From Dehalococcoidia bacterium (GTDB lineage Bacteria > Chloroflexota > Dehalococcoidia > E44-bin15): a stretch of DNA of 64,000 nucleotides. Of this stretch, positions 18,952-29,452 are shown piece after piece; the stretch's first letter is position 1; every line of letters begins with the position of its first letter. Where the stretch lies: the NCBI GenBank assembly GCA_035528575.1, contig DATKYK010000029.1, forward strand, positions 14,824-78,823, given 5' to 3'. The notes under the pieces are model-generated. The model had not been told where the DNA came from. It did no database searches and saw nothing but the letters and a program-made list of their open reading frames with translations. A program made the translations under genes and the position numbers.

Positions 18952-20265
18952 TCAACGGAGCAACGACTTCAGGCTTCCTCCCCGCGCCATCTGTTTCATG
19001 AGCTTTTGTGTCTGGCGGAACTGGTTCAGGAGTTGATTGATCTCATGAGGCGTGGTGCCACTGCCCCGGGCGATGCGACGCCTCCTGCTCCCGTCGATAA
19101 TCTCCGGGCTGCGCCGCTCCTGGGGGGTCATTGACAGGATGACCGCCTCAATAACCTTTAGTCTCCCCTCATCTACCGCGTCAGGGGCACGGCGGGCGAT
19201 GGAGGAGAGCCCCGGTATCATCTCCACCAGTTGGCTCAGAGACCCCATCTTCTGCATCTCGCGGAGCTGCCCCAGAAAGTCTTCCAGATCGAGGGTTGCA
19301 TGGCGCACCTTTTTCTCCAGTTTCCGCGCCCGCTCCTGGTCGAAGGTCTTCTCAGCCCTTTCGACCAGGGTGAGCATGTCACCCATCCCCAGGATACGCG
19401 ATGCCAAACGGTCAGGGTGGAATGTTTCCAGGGCATCCAGTTTCTCACCGGTTCCGATAAACTTTACCGCCACCCCGGTGACCGCCTTAATTGAGAGGGC
19501 CGCCCCGCCTCTAGCATCGCCATCCATCTTGGTGAGGATGAGCCCGCTAAGCCCCAATTTTGTATGGAATTCCTCAGCGGCGCGAACCGCGTCCTGGCCG
19601 GTCATCGCATCCACCACCAGAAGCACCTCATCAGGCTTGAGCTCCCGTTTGATCTCCACCACTTCCTTCATCATAGCCCCATCTATATGGAGACGTCCGC
19701 CGGTGTCGGCTATTACCCAGGTAGCGGCCAGCTCCTTAGCACGCTTCAGTGCTTGGGCGCATACAGATACCGGGTTCGCATCCGCCCTATAAACGGGGAT
19801 CTCCAGCCCCTTGCCCAGTGTAACGAGCTGCTCTACGGCAGCGGGTCGGCGGAGGTCAGCGGCAACGAGCAGCGGGCGCTGTCCCGAACTCCTTAGGTGA
19901 AGCGCCAGCTTTGCCGCTGTCGTTGTTTTCCCCGAGCCCTGAAGCCCAACGAGCATCATTACCGTCGGGGGACGAGGGGCCTGCGCCAGGTGACTGGGGG
20001 CTCCCCCTAAAATGATGGTAAGCTCCTCATTTACTACCTTGATCACCTGCTGCGACGGGGTGAGGCTCTCCAGCACCTCGCTACCCAGGGAGCGCTCCCG
20101 CAATCTAGCGATAAAATCCTTTACCACCTTAAAGTTAACATCAGCCTCCAGAAGCGCCAGCCTTACCTCCCGGAGCGCATCATCGACATCCTTTTCGGTG
20201 AGCCGACCCTTGCTCCCCAGCCGTTTAAAAACGCTCCCCAGCCTCTCCGATAATACCTCGAACAT
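18952..20265 (-). CDS. ffh: Signal recognition particle protein Ffh
   Basis: The N-domain, a G-domain with GLQGSGKTTT and DTAGR, and an M-domain. Confidence 0.9.
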   Translation of the reverse strand: MFEVLSERLGSVFKRLGSKGRLTEKDVDDALREVRLALLEADVNFKVVKDFIARLRERSLGSEVLESLTPSQQVIKVVNEELTIILGGAPSHLAQAPRPPTVMMLVGLQGSGKTTTAAKLALHLRSSGQRPLLVAADLRRPAAVEQLVTLGKGLEIPVYRADANPVSVCAQALKRAKELAATWVIADTGGRLHIDGAMMKEVVEIKRELKPDEVLLVVDAMTGQDAVRAAEEFHTKLGLSGLILTKMDGDARGGAALSIKAVTGVAVKFIGTGEKLDALETFHPDRLASRILGMGDMLTLVERAEKTFDQERARKLEKKVRHATLDLEDFLGQLREMQKMGSLSQLVEMIPGLSSIARRAPDAVDEGRLKVIEAVILSMTPQERRSPEIIDGSRRRRIARGSGTTPHEINQLLNQFRQTQKLMKQMARGGSLKSLLR

Positions 20266-20718
20266 AAGCCACCTCAGACCAGCATCATTCTAATTGGCGT
20301 TGCGCCATTAATCAAGCTATAAGCTCTTGGCTCGGTTATGCTAGAATAAAGACTGTAACTGGAATGGGGTTATTATCACCTTGCTCACCTTTCATAGTGG
20401 CGTTGGGGAAATCAGCGGTAAAATTGCCTCTCCCAATATGGGACACCCGAATTTTTCTATATTTTTGGAGCGAGCTTTGCCCTGAAAGTAAGCTTCTGTT
20501 AGGAATTATTACCGCCATCAACAAATATTCAGCCTGGCGATTTAACTGATCTGGATATAATGCTCAAAGTCACGGGATTTTAAAAGGTAGAGGTTTTAAC
20601 GATTCATACCGATAAGCCCGGAGCATTCCGACCTGTAATAAAGGTCTAGATAGGCAGATAGAAGTTATCGCCGATAATACAATTCTTGTGACCAATCCGA
20701 CCTTAGAGGAGGTAAAAG

Positions 20719-22854
20719 ATGATCCCCATTAGAATTGCGCTGCGAAACTTCATGTGCTATCTAGAAGGGGAGCTCTCCTTCGAAGGGCTTCATGTGGCCT
20801 GCCTTTGCGGCGACAACGGCAATGGAAAGTCGGCGCTCCTCGATGCGATAACCTGGGCACTGTGGGGGAAGGCAAGGGCAAAAAGCGACGACGAGCTCAT
20901 TTATTTAGGAAGGACAGAGATGGGGGTGGAGTTCGAGTTCGCTGTTATGCAAGAAGGACGGGAGCGATACCGAGTTCTGCGCAAGCGGTCAAAACCAAAG
21001 CTTCGGGGAGCAGGGAAGACCCTGCTGGAGCTTCAGCAAGCCACGGATCAAGGCTACAGGTCAATCAGCGGAAACAGTGTTCGGGAAACGCAGCGAGAGA
21101 TCGAGAAAATCTTGCGCATGAATTACGATACCTTTATCAATAGTACCTTCCTGCTCCAGGGTCACGCCGATGAATTCACCAAGAAGGAACCTTATAGACG
21201 CAAGGAAATCCTAGCTGACATCCTGGGTCTTTCCCGATACGATGAGCTGGAGGATCGGTCAAAGAATTACGCCAGGCAAAAGGATAGAGCCAAAAGGGAC
21301 CTAGAGATTGCCATCGATAATATCAACGCCGAGTTGGCGAACAAAGCGGAGTACCAGACTCAGCTCCGAGAGGTGGGCGAGGCAATAGCCGAAGTGGAGA
21401 AGGAGCGGTGTGAATGGGAGAAGAAGGTCAATGCCCTTACAAATCAGAAGAGCGAGCTGGATTGGAGAAAAAAGCAACAGGAGGAGATAGAGGGACGCAT
21501 TAAACAGGCGGGGGAAACGGTAAGCTCTTTCGAGTATCGGGTTCGAGATCATCACCAGAGGGCAGAAAAGTACGAGAAGGTGATTGCGGGCCACGAGGAG
21601 GAGCTTGCTAAAGTTCGTGTTCACCTCGATGCGGTGGCCAAGCAGGAAAGCGTGTTGGTGGGGAGGAGGGGAGAGTATGAAAAAACCTCCAATTTAATCC
21701 ACCATGTCACCTCCGCCAATGCCAGCTTAAAGGAAGAGATGAAGCAGCTCAGAGAGAAGCTCGACATGCTATCCCAAGAGGAGGCAACGTGCCCCTTATG
21801 TGGCACCGAACTGGGAGTTGAGGGAAGGAGGAAGATTATGGCAAGCTACGAGGATGAGGGGCGGCAGAAGAAAGAGCTCTTTCGCACCAACGAGGATGAA
21901 AAAAGGCGCTTGGAAACGGGGTTAAATGCCTTGAAGCGAGAGATAGGCGAACTGGAGAGGATGACAAGGGAGGGGCGGGCACAATGGGATCGAGGCGCAG
22001 AGACCCTGGAGAAAGAACACACCGAGGCGGAAAGCTCCCTACCCAAGGAGAAGGAAGCCCTGGCCATGGCAGAGGAAAACCTGAGGCGCTGGCGCTCCAC
22101 ACTCGATGCCGATACCCAGAGACGGGATTCCATTAATGCAGATCTTGCCATCCTCCCTGAGCTCGAAGACAGCCTGAGCAGTGCACAGCAGACCCACAAT
22201 GAGCTAACCAGAAGGGAGGCGCAAGGTCGCCAGAAGCTGGGGGAGATCCAGGCGAATCTGGGACGCTTCTCTTCCCTGGAGCTAAGCAGAGGAGAGAAGA
22301 AGGCCGAGCGCGATAATGTGACCAGGGAAGAAAAGATATACGAAGAGCTGGCCGCCGCCTTTGGCAAGAAGGGGATTCAGGCGCTCATCATCGATACGGC
22401 GCTCCCCGAGATCGAGGAGGAGGCTAACCGGCTGCTTGCCCGGATGACCGATAACCGGATGAGTGTGAAGATCGAAACGCAGCGGGCTTACAAGACCAAG
22501 AAAGAAGAGTCGGTGGAAACCCTCGATATAAATATATCGGACGAACTGGGCATGCGACGCTATGAGATGTACAGCGGCGGTGAGGCATTTCGGATCGACT
22601 TCGCGCTGCGCATCGCTCTTTCAAAACTGCTGGCACGGCGCGCGGGAGCACCCCTGCCCACGCTGATCATCGATGAGGGATTTGGCTCCCAGGACTCCAG
22701 CGGCAGGGAGCGGCTGGTGGAGGCTATAAACTCGATTCAGGACGACTTTGAGAAGATTTTGGTCATAACGCACATCGAGGATTTAAGGGATGCCTTCGAT
22801 GAGCGCATTGAGGTGACCAAGGGCACTGAGGGCTCGCTGCTCAAGGTGAGCTGA
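20719..22854 (+). CDS. SbcC/Rad50-family SMC-like ATPase with coiled coil and CPxCG zinc hook (711 aa)
   Basis: Walker A GDNGNGKSALLDAITWALWG, a central coiled coil with CPLCG, the signature MYSGGEAF, Walker B LIIDEGFGSQD, and an H-loop ITHIE. No SbcD/Mre11 gene is adjacent. Confidence 0.75.
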   Translation: MIPIRIALRNFMCYLEGELSFEGLHVACLCGDNGNGKSALLDAITWALWGKARAKSDDELIYLGRTEMGVEFEFAVMQEGRERYRVLRKRSKPKLRGAGKTLLELQQATDQGYRSISGNSVRETQREIEKILRMNYDTFINSTFLLQGHADEFTKKEPYRRKEILADILGLSRYDELEDRSKNYARQKDRAKRDLEIAIDNINAELANKAEYQTQLREVGEAIAEVEKERCEWEKKVNALTNQKSELDWRKKQQEEIEGRIKQAGETVSSFEYRVRDHHQRAEKYEKVIAGHEEELAKVRVHLDAVAKQESVLVGRRGEYEKTSNLIHHVTSANASLKEEMKQLREKLDMLSQEEATCPLCGTELGVEGRRKIMASYEDEGRQKKELFRTNEDEKRRLETGLNALKREIGELERMTREGRAQWDRGAETLEKEHTEAESSLPKEKEALAMAEENLRRWRSTLDADTQRRDSINADLAILPELEDSLSSAQQTHNELTRREAQGRQKLGEIQANLGRFSSLELSRGEKKAERDNVTREEKIYEELAAAFGKKGIQALIIDTALPEIEEEANRLLARMTDNRMSVKIETQRAYKTKKEESVETLDINISDELGMRRYEMYSGGEAFRIDFALRIALSKLLARRAGAPLPTLIIDEGFGSQDSSGRERLVEAINSIQDDFEKILVITHIEDLRDAFDERIEVTKGTEGSLLKVS

Positions 22855-22915
22855 GGATTGACAACGGGGCATTTTACGCTTAATCTTATTTTTATACTGC
22901 TCTAAGGAGGTTTAT

Positions 22916-23392
22916 ATGGCAATCGATGTAACGGTCAAAAAAACAGAGCCGATAACAGTGGCCTTCGTCTCAAAGAAGGGGCCCTACAGCCTGATTAGCG
23001 AGACATTTGGTACGCTCTATCGCTGGATCGGGGAGAAGAGCTTTGTGCCCGCCGGAGCGCCAATTGGGGTCTATTTCAACGCCCCCGGGCAGGTTCCCGA
23101 CGAGGAACTGTTATGGGAACTCCGCAGCCCCATAGCGGGGGATGTAGCCCCGAGTGGTCCTGACGAGCAAGGCCTTGGTGTCAAGAAAGTGGAAGGTACA
23201 CAGGTGGCTTCCACCATGCATAAGGGGCCTCATGATCAGGTGGGGGCTACTTATGGCGCGCTTGCAGGATGGATCGCGGAGAACGGATACGAGATCGTGG
23301 GCCCTTCGGAGGAAGTCTACCTCAGCGACCCGGATAAGACTCCTCCAGAGGAGCTGCTTACCGAGGTCCGCTTCCCGGTGCGCAAGCGATAG
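22916..23392 (+). CDS. GyrI-like small-molecule-binding domain protein
   Basis: 158 aa with a duplicated beta-alpha-beta-beta fold pattern typical of PF06445. Assigned by overall similarity. Confidence 0.5.
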   Translation: MAIDVTVKKTEPITVAFVSKKGPYSLISETFGTLYRWIGEKSFVPAGAPIGVYFNAPGQVPDEELLWELRSPIAGDVAPSGPDEQGLGVKKVEGTQVASTMHKGPHDQVGATYGALAGWIAENGYEIVGPSEEVYLSDPDKTPPEELLTEVRFPVRKR

Positions 23393-23479
23393 AGGGCTGG
23401 GGCTTTGCGAAGTGCGCAACATTTGGGCCAGCGAAGTATAAATTAAACACGCCTTTATATCCAGTTGTAAGCGAAAAAA

Positions 23480-23911
23480 TCATGGATCATTTTCCCCAAG
23501 AGGAACACCCTCTATTGTAACGTATGTTCCGGTTCCAATAGCTATAAGCTCTCCACTGGAAGCCGACACTCGCATCTCAGCTACAGAAATGCGCTTACCT
23601 GACTTAATTACCCATCCCTCAGCGTGAAGTTCGCTTTCTTTCACCGGATTCAATAGGTGAATCTTAAATTCGCTTGTAGCAATCCAAATACCTTCATTGT
23701 GAGCTGCCACCGCAAACCAACCGGCGGTGTCTAACATAGTTGCTATTACTCCTCCGTGGATACCCTTGGCTGCATGATCAAGATTTGGATTATATGGGAG
23801 ATTTATATATGCATGTCCTTGCTCATCAAACGAAAGAGCCATACCGAACAGTCTTGCTATCGGCGCTGCGCGAAATAGTTCAATTAAATTCTGTTGCCAA
23901 GCGGCATTCAT
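23480..23911 (-). CDS. PaaI/4HBT-family hotdog-fold thioesterase
   Basis: The motif HGGVIATMLDTAG is typical of PaaI thioesterases. Confidence 0.7.
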   Translation of the reverse strand: MNAAWQQNLIELFRAAPIARLFGMALSFDEQGHAYINLPYNPNLDHAAKGIHGGVIATMLDTAGWFAVAAHNEGIWIATSEFKIHLLNPVKESELHAEGWVIKSGKRISVAEMRVSASSGELIAIGTGTYVTIEGVPLGENDP

Positions 23912-24046
23912 TTTCCCTCCTCATTATCGTGGTTTATCGATACAATTGCACATGATAGCCACACATGCGAACCCATAGATAGCTCCATACCCTTTACCAC
24001 CCAAGCTCTGCAGACTAGCTTCGTGCGAAGCATTTAGGAAAGCGAA

Positions 24047-24074
24047 GGGAGGCGTAATCTGGTGTTCGCCTCCC
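24047..24074 (-). terminator. Possible intrinsic terminator hairpin (8-bp GC stem gggaggcg/cgcctccc) downstream of the DUF4870 gene
   Basis: A perfect 8-bp stem with a 12-nt loop. The flanking sequence is only weakly U-rich. Confidence 0.3.
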
Positions 24075-24111
24075 AGTCTATTGTTGTAATGCCAATACCC
24101 CGTGTTTAACC

Positions 24112-24429
24112 TTATCGCTTTGCCGAATATTTCTCTGCCAAGTCACCGGCAATGGGCAGCTTGAAGCGCTCCCCCTGGTAGGCCTTCACCATTAGTATGA
24201 TCCACATCACAAAGGCAAAGAGTCCCCCGAGCGACGTGAGCACCATGAATAGAAGACCGATGAAGGGGATCAACTCCAAGATGCCAAAAACGATCATAAC
24301 CGCGGTTACGGCACCGAAGAAAATGATGGACTGCACAGCGTGAAAGCGGACATACTCATCCTTCTCCTCAATCAGGTAGAATATCAGCCCGGTTATCCAG
24401 CCCAGCACATACGACAGCAGTGCGGCCAC
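24112..24429 (-). CDS. DUF4870-family small membrane protein
   Basis: Three predicted TM segments and the motif ...HAVQS.IFFG.... The length is 105 aa. Confidence 0.5.
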   Translation of the reverse strand: MAALLSYVLGWITGLIFYLIEEKDEYVRFHAVQSIIFFGAVTAVMIVFGILELIPFIGLLFMVLTSLGGLFAFVMWIILMVKAYQGERFKLPIAGDLAEKYSAKR

Positions 24430-24503
24430 GTTGGGGTCAAGTCCAGTACTTTTCTTATCCTGGCTAATTTTTCACCTCCTCCATCGATGTCATTACATCA
24501 ATT

Positions 24504-25106
24504 TTACAAGCCTATCTCATCGGCAATCGCTTTCATCGCCTCAAGACCCAGGGCGATGAACTCCTCAAGCTCAAGGCCGAGCTCGCTGCACGTGGTGATC
24601 TGCTCCCGATTTGCCCCGGCAGCAAATCTCTTCTCGCCGAAGCGCCTCATAAGCGACCTGGTGGTGAGTCCCTCAAGTTTCTCATCCGGGCGCACCAGAG
24701 AAGCGGCAACGATGAGCCCGGTGAGAGGGTCAGCGCAGAAAAGGGCCTTTCCCAGCAGGGTTTCAGGGGAGATACCGTGAGCTTCATTGTGGCAGAATAT
24801 GGCTTGCGCCATCTCCTCCGATGCGCCAAGCTCCCGGGCTATGTCCGCCCCCAGCTCGCTATGAGCAAGCATATCACCCTCGGTGAGCTCTACATCGATG
24901 TCATGGAGCAGTCCGGTAAGCCCCCACACCCCCTCATCCTGGCCAAATTTTCTGGCCATCGCCCTCATGATAGACTCGGTGGCCAGCATGTGGTAGATGA
25001 GGTTCCGATTTTCCACATTGGCCTCGATGGAGTCCAGGGCATCGTCTCTGGTGAGTCTCTCTACCTCCACTTTTCGCTCTACGCCTCTCTCTCTGTCAAC
25101 ACCCAA
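24504..25106 (-). CDS. HD-domain phosphohydrolase
   Basis: H...HD motif (LLHDID), 200 aa. Confidence 0.6.
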   Translation of the reverse strand: MGVDRERGVERKVEVERLTRDDALDSIEANVENRNLIYHMLATESIMRAMARKFGQDEGVWGLTGLLHDIDVELTEGDMLAHSELGADIARELGASEEMAQAIFCHNEAHGISPETLLGKALFCADPLTGLIVAASLVRPDEKLEGLTTRSLMRRFGEKRFAAGANREQITTCSELGLELEEFIALGLEAMKAIADEIGL

Positions 25107-25133
25107 TAAGTCATACTGCCGAATTTATCCAGC

Positions 25134-25667
25134 CTATTTCCCCCACCTGCCGCGGGAAATCCTTGAGAGCAAGCGATCCCAGGTGTTGCCCGAAAGGTTG
25201 CCAACCCGGATCATACGCAGTATTAGATTTATCGCTTCCGCCTTTTCAGCGCCGTAGGCCTCATCCAGCCTTCCAACTGCTTCAGGGTCAGGCCTGGCAT
25301 CGGAATCGGCCCAGTGCTGGGCATAGAGCAATGCTATGGCCTCATCTTCAGGGCAATTGTCCATGCTACCGGTGAGAAGCCCGGCGATTTCCTCTTGCTC
25401 AACCCCGCTCCGCAGGGCTTCTCTGGTGTGAAGCCAGCAACAGTAGCGGCAACCATAGACAGAGGTAACCGAGAGCATAAGCCTTTCTCTGAAGGCACTG
25501 GGTATCCGCTTTTCCCTCATTACCCGTCTGACATTCCTTACGTTCTTTGTTAGAAAGGATATATCCACAAAAAATTCCCCGATGCCATATGTCCTCTTAC
25601 TGAACTTACGGTTCGCTATCCATGAGCTAGGTTGTCCTGTGTCTCTGGCCACATCAGGCTTCCTCAT
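25134..25667 (-). CDS. Carboxymuconolactone decarboxylase (AhpD-like) family protein
   Basis: The motif CRYCCWLH is an AhpD-like CxxC..H signature. Confidence 0.6.
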   Translation of the reverse strand: MRKPDVARDTGQPSSWIANRKFSKRTYGIGEFFVDISFLTKNVRNVRRVMREKRIPSAFRERLMLSVTSVYGCRYCCWLHTREALRSGVEQEEIAGLLTGSMDNCPEDEAIALLYAQHWADSDARPDPEAVGRLDEAYGAEKAEAINLILRMIRVGNLSGNTWDRLLSRISRGRWGK

Positions 25668-28549
25668 GCTTGAACCGCTTCCAACCTGTCGGAGTGCTTC
25701 GCCAGCATCCCCTTCAGGTATTGCCCGGTTAAGGAGCCATCCTCTTGAGCCACCTCCTCCGGCGTTCCTGTGGCGATGACATATCCCCCGCGATCGCCCG
25801 CACCCGGGCCGAGGTCGATCAGGTAGTCTGCGTTCTTAATCATATCGAGGTGGTGCTCGATGAGGAGCACGGTATTACCCCAATCGACGAGGCGATGGAG
25901 CACCCTGAGCAATGCGGCGGCATCCTCGAAGGAGAGCCCTGTAGTCGGCTCATCGAGGATATATAGCGTCTTTCCCGTAGAGCGCTTGGAAAGCTCGGTG
26001 GCAAGCTTCACCCGTTGCGCCTCACCTCCAGAGAGGGTGGTTGCCGGCTGCCCCAGCTTGACGTATCCCAATCCAACATCCTTCAGTGTTTCCAGCTTGC
26101 TTTTCACCTTGGGAAAATGCTCAAATAGCGATAGCGCCTCCGCAACGCTCATCTCCAGGATCTCGGTAATGTTCTTTCCCTTGAACCGGATCTCCAGCGC
26201 CTCGCGATTATAGCGCTTCCCCTCGCAAACTTCGCAGGGTACGGTTACATCGGGCAAAAACTGCATCTCGATTTGGATATAGCCTCCACCGCGACAGGCC
26301 TCACACCTGCCACCCTTAACATTAAACGAAAAACGCCCCGGGGGATAGCCGCGCATTCGAGCCTCAGGCACGGTGGAGAATAGCTCACGAATCAGGGTGA
26401 AGGCACCAGTATAGGTTGCCGGGTTTGAGCGAGGGGTTCGCCCGATGGGCGACTGGTCGATATTCACCACCTTATCGATGTGCTCCAGCCCCTCGATGCC
26501 ATCACACTCGCCAGGGCGGTCCTTGGCTTTGTAGAATATCTGGGCCAGCTTCTTATAGAGGATCTCGTCGATAAGGGTGCTCTTGCCCGAACCCGATACG
26601 CCAGTGATGCAAACGAACCTCCCCAGAGGGATAGTGACATCGATATCCTTGAGGTTATTCTGACGCGCCCCCCTAATCACCATTTCCTTCCCGGAGCCGG
26701 GGCGGCGCCTTTTAGGGAGTGAAATCTCCTTTCGCCCACTCAGGTAATCGCCAGTGCTGGAACCGTGACAGTCCATGATCTCAGCGATGGTTCCCGTGAC
26801 AACGATCTCCCCCCCACGCTCACCGGCACCGGGGCCCATATCTATAATGTGGTCGGCGGCTCGCATCATCGCCTCATCGTGCTCCACCACCAGGATAGTA
26901 TTACCCAGATCCCTCAACTTCTTCAGGGTCTCGATGAGGCAATAGTCATCAGCAGGATGGAGTCCCACCGTAGGCTCATCGCAAATATATAGTACCCCCA
27001 TGAGTCCGCTGCCGATCTGGGTGGCAAGGCGAATTCGCTGCGCCTCTCCGCCTGAGAGGGTACTTGATGGACGATCGAGGTTGAGATAGTCCAGCCCCAC
27101 ATCTCTCAAGAAGCCGAGGCGAGCGTTAATCTCCTTGAGGATCTGGCGGCCGATGAGCAGTTCGCGCTCGCTGAGCAGCGCCTTCCCACTCCCATCGCCA
27201 CTGAGCTGTCCCAGCCATGCCATCTCCTGCTCAATGGACATCGCGTTAACCTGAGCGATGTTTTTATCCCAGATTGTTACTGACAGGGACTCTGGCTTTA
27301 ATCTCTGCCCCTGACATACGGGACAGGGGTGGATTGTCATAGAGCGCTCTATCTCGGCACGTATGTACTCGGACTCGGTTTCCCTGAAACGCCGTTCCAA
27401 ATTTGGGATCACACCCTCAAACGGTATATCATACTGATAAGTTCGCCCTAGCTGAGTCTCATGCCTCAGTGTCACTCGCTGGCTGCCGCTGCCGTAGAGG
27501 ATAATGTCAATCTGCTGCGGGGTGAGGTTCTTAACCCGCTCGTTAATCGAGAAGCCATACCTTCGGGCTATAGACTCCAGCATGCTGGCATACCATGGAC
27601 TCATTGAGCCTGCCCGGGTCCAGGGCCGGATTGCCCCTTCAGCAATGGATAGCTCTCGATTGGGAAGGACCAGGTCGGGGTCGATCTCCATCTTTACCCC
27701 CAGCCCGGTGCAGACGGGACAGGCACCGTGGGGGCTATTGAAGCTGAATGTTCGGGGTTCGATCTCGCCCAGGTTTATACCGCATCGCATGCAGGCAAAG
27801 TGCTCCGAGAAGAGAAGTTCCTCCCCATCGATGACCTTAACCAGCACCACCCCACTCCCCAGCTTGAGCGAGGTCTCCACTGAGTCGGCGAGGCGACCTC
27901 TCTGCTCCGCACTCTCAATGACCAGCCTGTCTACCACTGCCTCAATACTATGCTGCCTGTATCTATCCAGGTCGAAATCCTCGGCGAGGTCATGGATGCT
28001 GCCATCGACCCTCACCCGCACATATCCTGCCTTTCGCATGTCCTCAAAGACCCCCTCATGCTCTCCCTTTCGGTCCTTGATCAACGGGGCCATGACCATG
28101 ATCGCAGTCCCAGGGGGGAGCTCCAGAAGCGCATCGACGATCTGCTGAATCGTTTGCTGGGAGATCTCTTGTCCGCAATTGGGGCAGTGGGGGTGACCCA
28201 CCCGGGCAAAGAGCAACCTTAGATAGTCATAGACCTCGGTCACCGTGCCCACTGTGGAACGGGGATTTCTCCCCGGCCCCTTCTGGTCGATGGAGATGGC
28301 CGGGCTGAGCCCCTCAATATAGTCCACATCTGGCTTCTCCATCCGACCGAGGAACTGGCGGGCATAAGCGGATAGGGATTCCACATAGCGGCGTTGCCCT
28401 TCGGCATAAATAGTATCAAAGGCTAGCGAGCTCTTACCAGAGCCTGAAACACCCGTGATTACCACCAGCCTGTCCCTGGGGATGGCGACATCGATATTTT
28501 TCAGGTTATGCTCTCTGGCACCTTTAACGATTATTGCATCCAGCGGCAT
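25664..28549 (-). CDS. uvrA: Excinuclease ABC subunit A
   Basis: Two ABC ATPase modules ([10 protein letters not shown] and [10 protein letters not shown]), zinc fingers, and the 960-aa core. The start is assigned to the ATG at 28549 ([10 protein letters not shown]). The ORF-track version carries a 47-aa N-terminal extension that is probably not translated. Confidence 0.9.
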   Translation of the reverse strand: MPLDAIIVKGAREHNLKNIDVAIPRDRLVVITGVSGSGKSSLAFDTIYAEGQRRYVESLSAYARQFLGRMEKPDVDYIEGLSPAISIDQKGPGRNPRSTVGTVTEVYDYLRLLFARVGHPHCPNCGQEISQQTIQQIVDALLELPPGTAIMVMAPLIKDRKGEHEGVFEDMRKAGYVRVRVDGSIHDLAEDFDLDRYRQHSIEAVVDRLVIESAEQRGRLADSVETSLKLGSGVVLVKVIDGEELLFSEHFACMRCGINLGEIEPRTFSFNSPHGACPVCTGLGVKMEIDPDLVLPNRELSIAEGAIRPWTRAGSMSPWYASMLESIARRYGFSINERVKNLTPQQIDIILYGSGSQRVTLRHETQLGRTYQYDIPFEGVIPNLERRFRETESEYIRAEIERSMTIHPCPVCQGQRLKPESLSVTIWDKNIAQVNAMSIEQEMAWLGQLSGDGSGKALLSERELLIGRQILKEINARLGFLRDVGLDYLNLDRPSSTLSGGEAQRIRLATQIGSGLMGVLYICDEPTVGLHPADDYCLIETLKKLRDLGNTILVVEHDEAMMRAADHIIDMGPGAGERGGEIVVTGTIAEIMDCHGSSTGDYLSGRKEISLPKRRRPGSGKEMVIRGARQNNLKDIDVTIPLGRFVCITGVSGSGKSTLIDEILYKKLAQIFYKAKDRPGECDGIEGLEHIDKVVNIDQSPIGRTPRSNPATYTGAFTLIRELFSTVPEARMRGYPPGRFSFNVKGGRCEACRGGGYIQIEMQFLPDVTVPCEVCEGKRYNREALEIRFKGKNITEILEMSVAEALSLFEHFPKVKSKLETLKDVGLGYVKLGQPATTLSGGEAQRVKLATELSKRSTGKTLYILDEPTTGLSFEDAAALLRVLHRLVDWGNTVLLIEHHLDMIKNADYLIDLGPGAGDRGGYVIATGTPEEVAQEDGSLTGQYLKGMLAKHSDRLEAVQA

Positions 28550-28803
28550 GGCAACTGCCTCATTAGTAATGTATTTGGTAACTCTCCATTTTAGCACGGT
28601 AGAGAAAGCCAAACAAGTTATATTGCATTTGTAGAGCCACTGGTATATACTCATTTCTAAGGTTGACCTAGATTGGCGTTTCGGCGTCACGGCCCCGCGC
28701 CGGTGGTCTGGTGGTTTATTCAGGTAAAAGTAAACACCGGCAAACCGGGTCTTGAAGCTGTATCGACAAGAGTTAACCAGACAGTAAAGGAGGGAGGGTC
28801 GAT

Positions 28804-29082
28804 ATGGCTTTCCAGGACAAGACTCTGGTATGTCGCGATTGCGGCAAAGAATTCGTATTCACTGCTGGCGAGCAGGAATTCTACATGTCGCGCGGACTAG
28901 AGAGCGAACCCACTCGTTGCAAGGAGTGTCGCTTGGAGAAGCGACGAACTCGCTTTGGTGGAGCCCGTGAGATGCACTCTGCAATCTGTGCTACTTGCGG
29001 TCAGGAGTGCGAGGTTCCCTTTGAGCCCAGGGGTGATCGACCAGTGTACTGTAATGAATGCTTTGCCAAGAGTAAGAAGTAG
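28804..29082 (+). CDS. Zinc-ribbon domain protein (duplicated CxxC...CxxC)
   Basis: CRDCG...CKEC and CATCG...CNEC motifs. The length is 92 aa. Confidence 0.55.
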   Translation: MAFQDKTLVCRDCGKEFVFTAGEQEFYMSRGLESEPTRCKECRLEKRRTRFGGAREMHSAICATCGQECEVPFEPRGDRPVYCNECFAKSKK

Positions 29083-29157
29083 CCGCTGATACTCCAACCG
29101 CTTGAAAGCCGAGATGCCCCATAAGCATACCTCGGCTTTTTTATCCTGGAGGGTACG

Positions 29158-29451
29158 ATGAATGTTGGCACCTGCAAGGTTAGGCTTCGCCTGCCAGAGA
29201 ACGGCTCCCTCAAAGGGAAGCGACAGGTTTCAAAGTCCATCATTGAACGTGTGAAGAATAGATACAACGTTTCTATAGCCGAGGTCGATGACCAAGACCT
29301 CTGGCAACTCCTCACCCTGGGGATAACCTGTGTCAGCACCAGCGGGCCTCATGCCAATGAGATCCTATCGAAGGTGGTGTATTTCATACAGCAGAGCAAG
29401 TTTGATATGGAAATGCTCGATTACGAGATAGAGATCATCCACGCCCCCTAA
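29158..29451 (+). CDS. DUF503 (YlxP-like) family protein
   Basis: 97 aa with the motif SLKGKRQV...FNVSIAEVDDQD. The gene ends 1 nt before the helicase gene. Confidence 0.5.
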   Translation: MNVGTCKVRLRLPENGSLKGKRQVSKSIIERVKNRYNVSIAEVDDQDLWQLLTLGITCVSTSGPHANEILSKVVYFIQQSKFDMEMLDYEIEIIHAP

Positions 29452-29452
29452 A

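Noticed and set aside
19052-19896. Plus-strand ORFs of 87-246 aa
   Set aside because: They are antisense to ffh and Ser/Arg-rich, which is typical of GC-rich antisense frames.
20290-20718. Search for SRP RNA (ffs) or a tRNA in the ffh-sbcC intergenic region
   Set aside because: No SRP domain-IV consensus and no GTTCGA or T-loop-like tRNA signature was found. Only a short imperfect palindrome (ttggcg...cgccaa) sits at the ffh 5' end.
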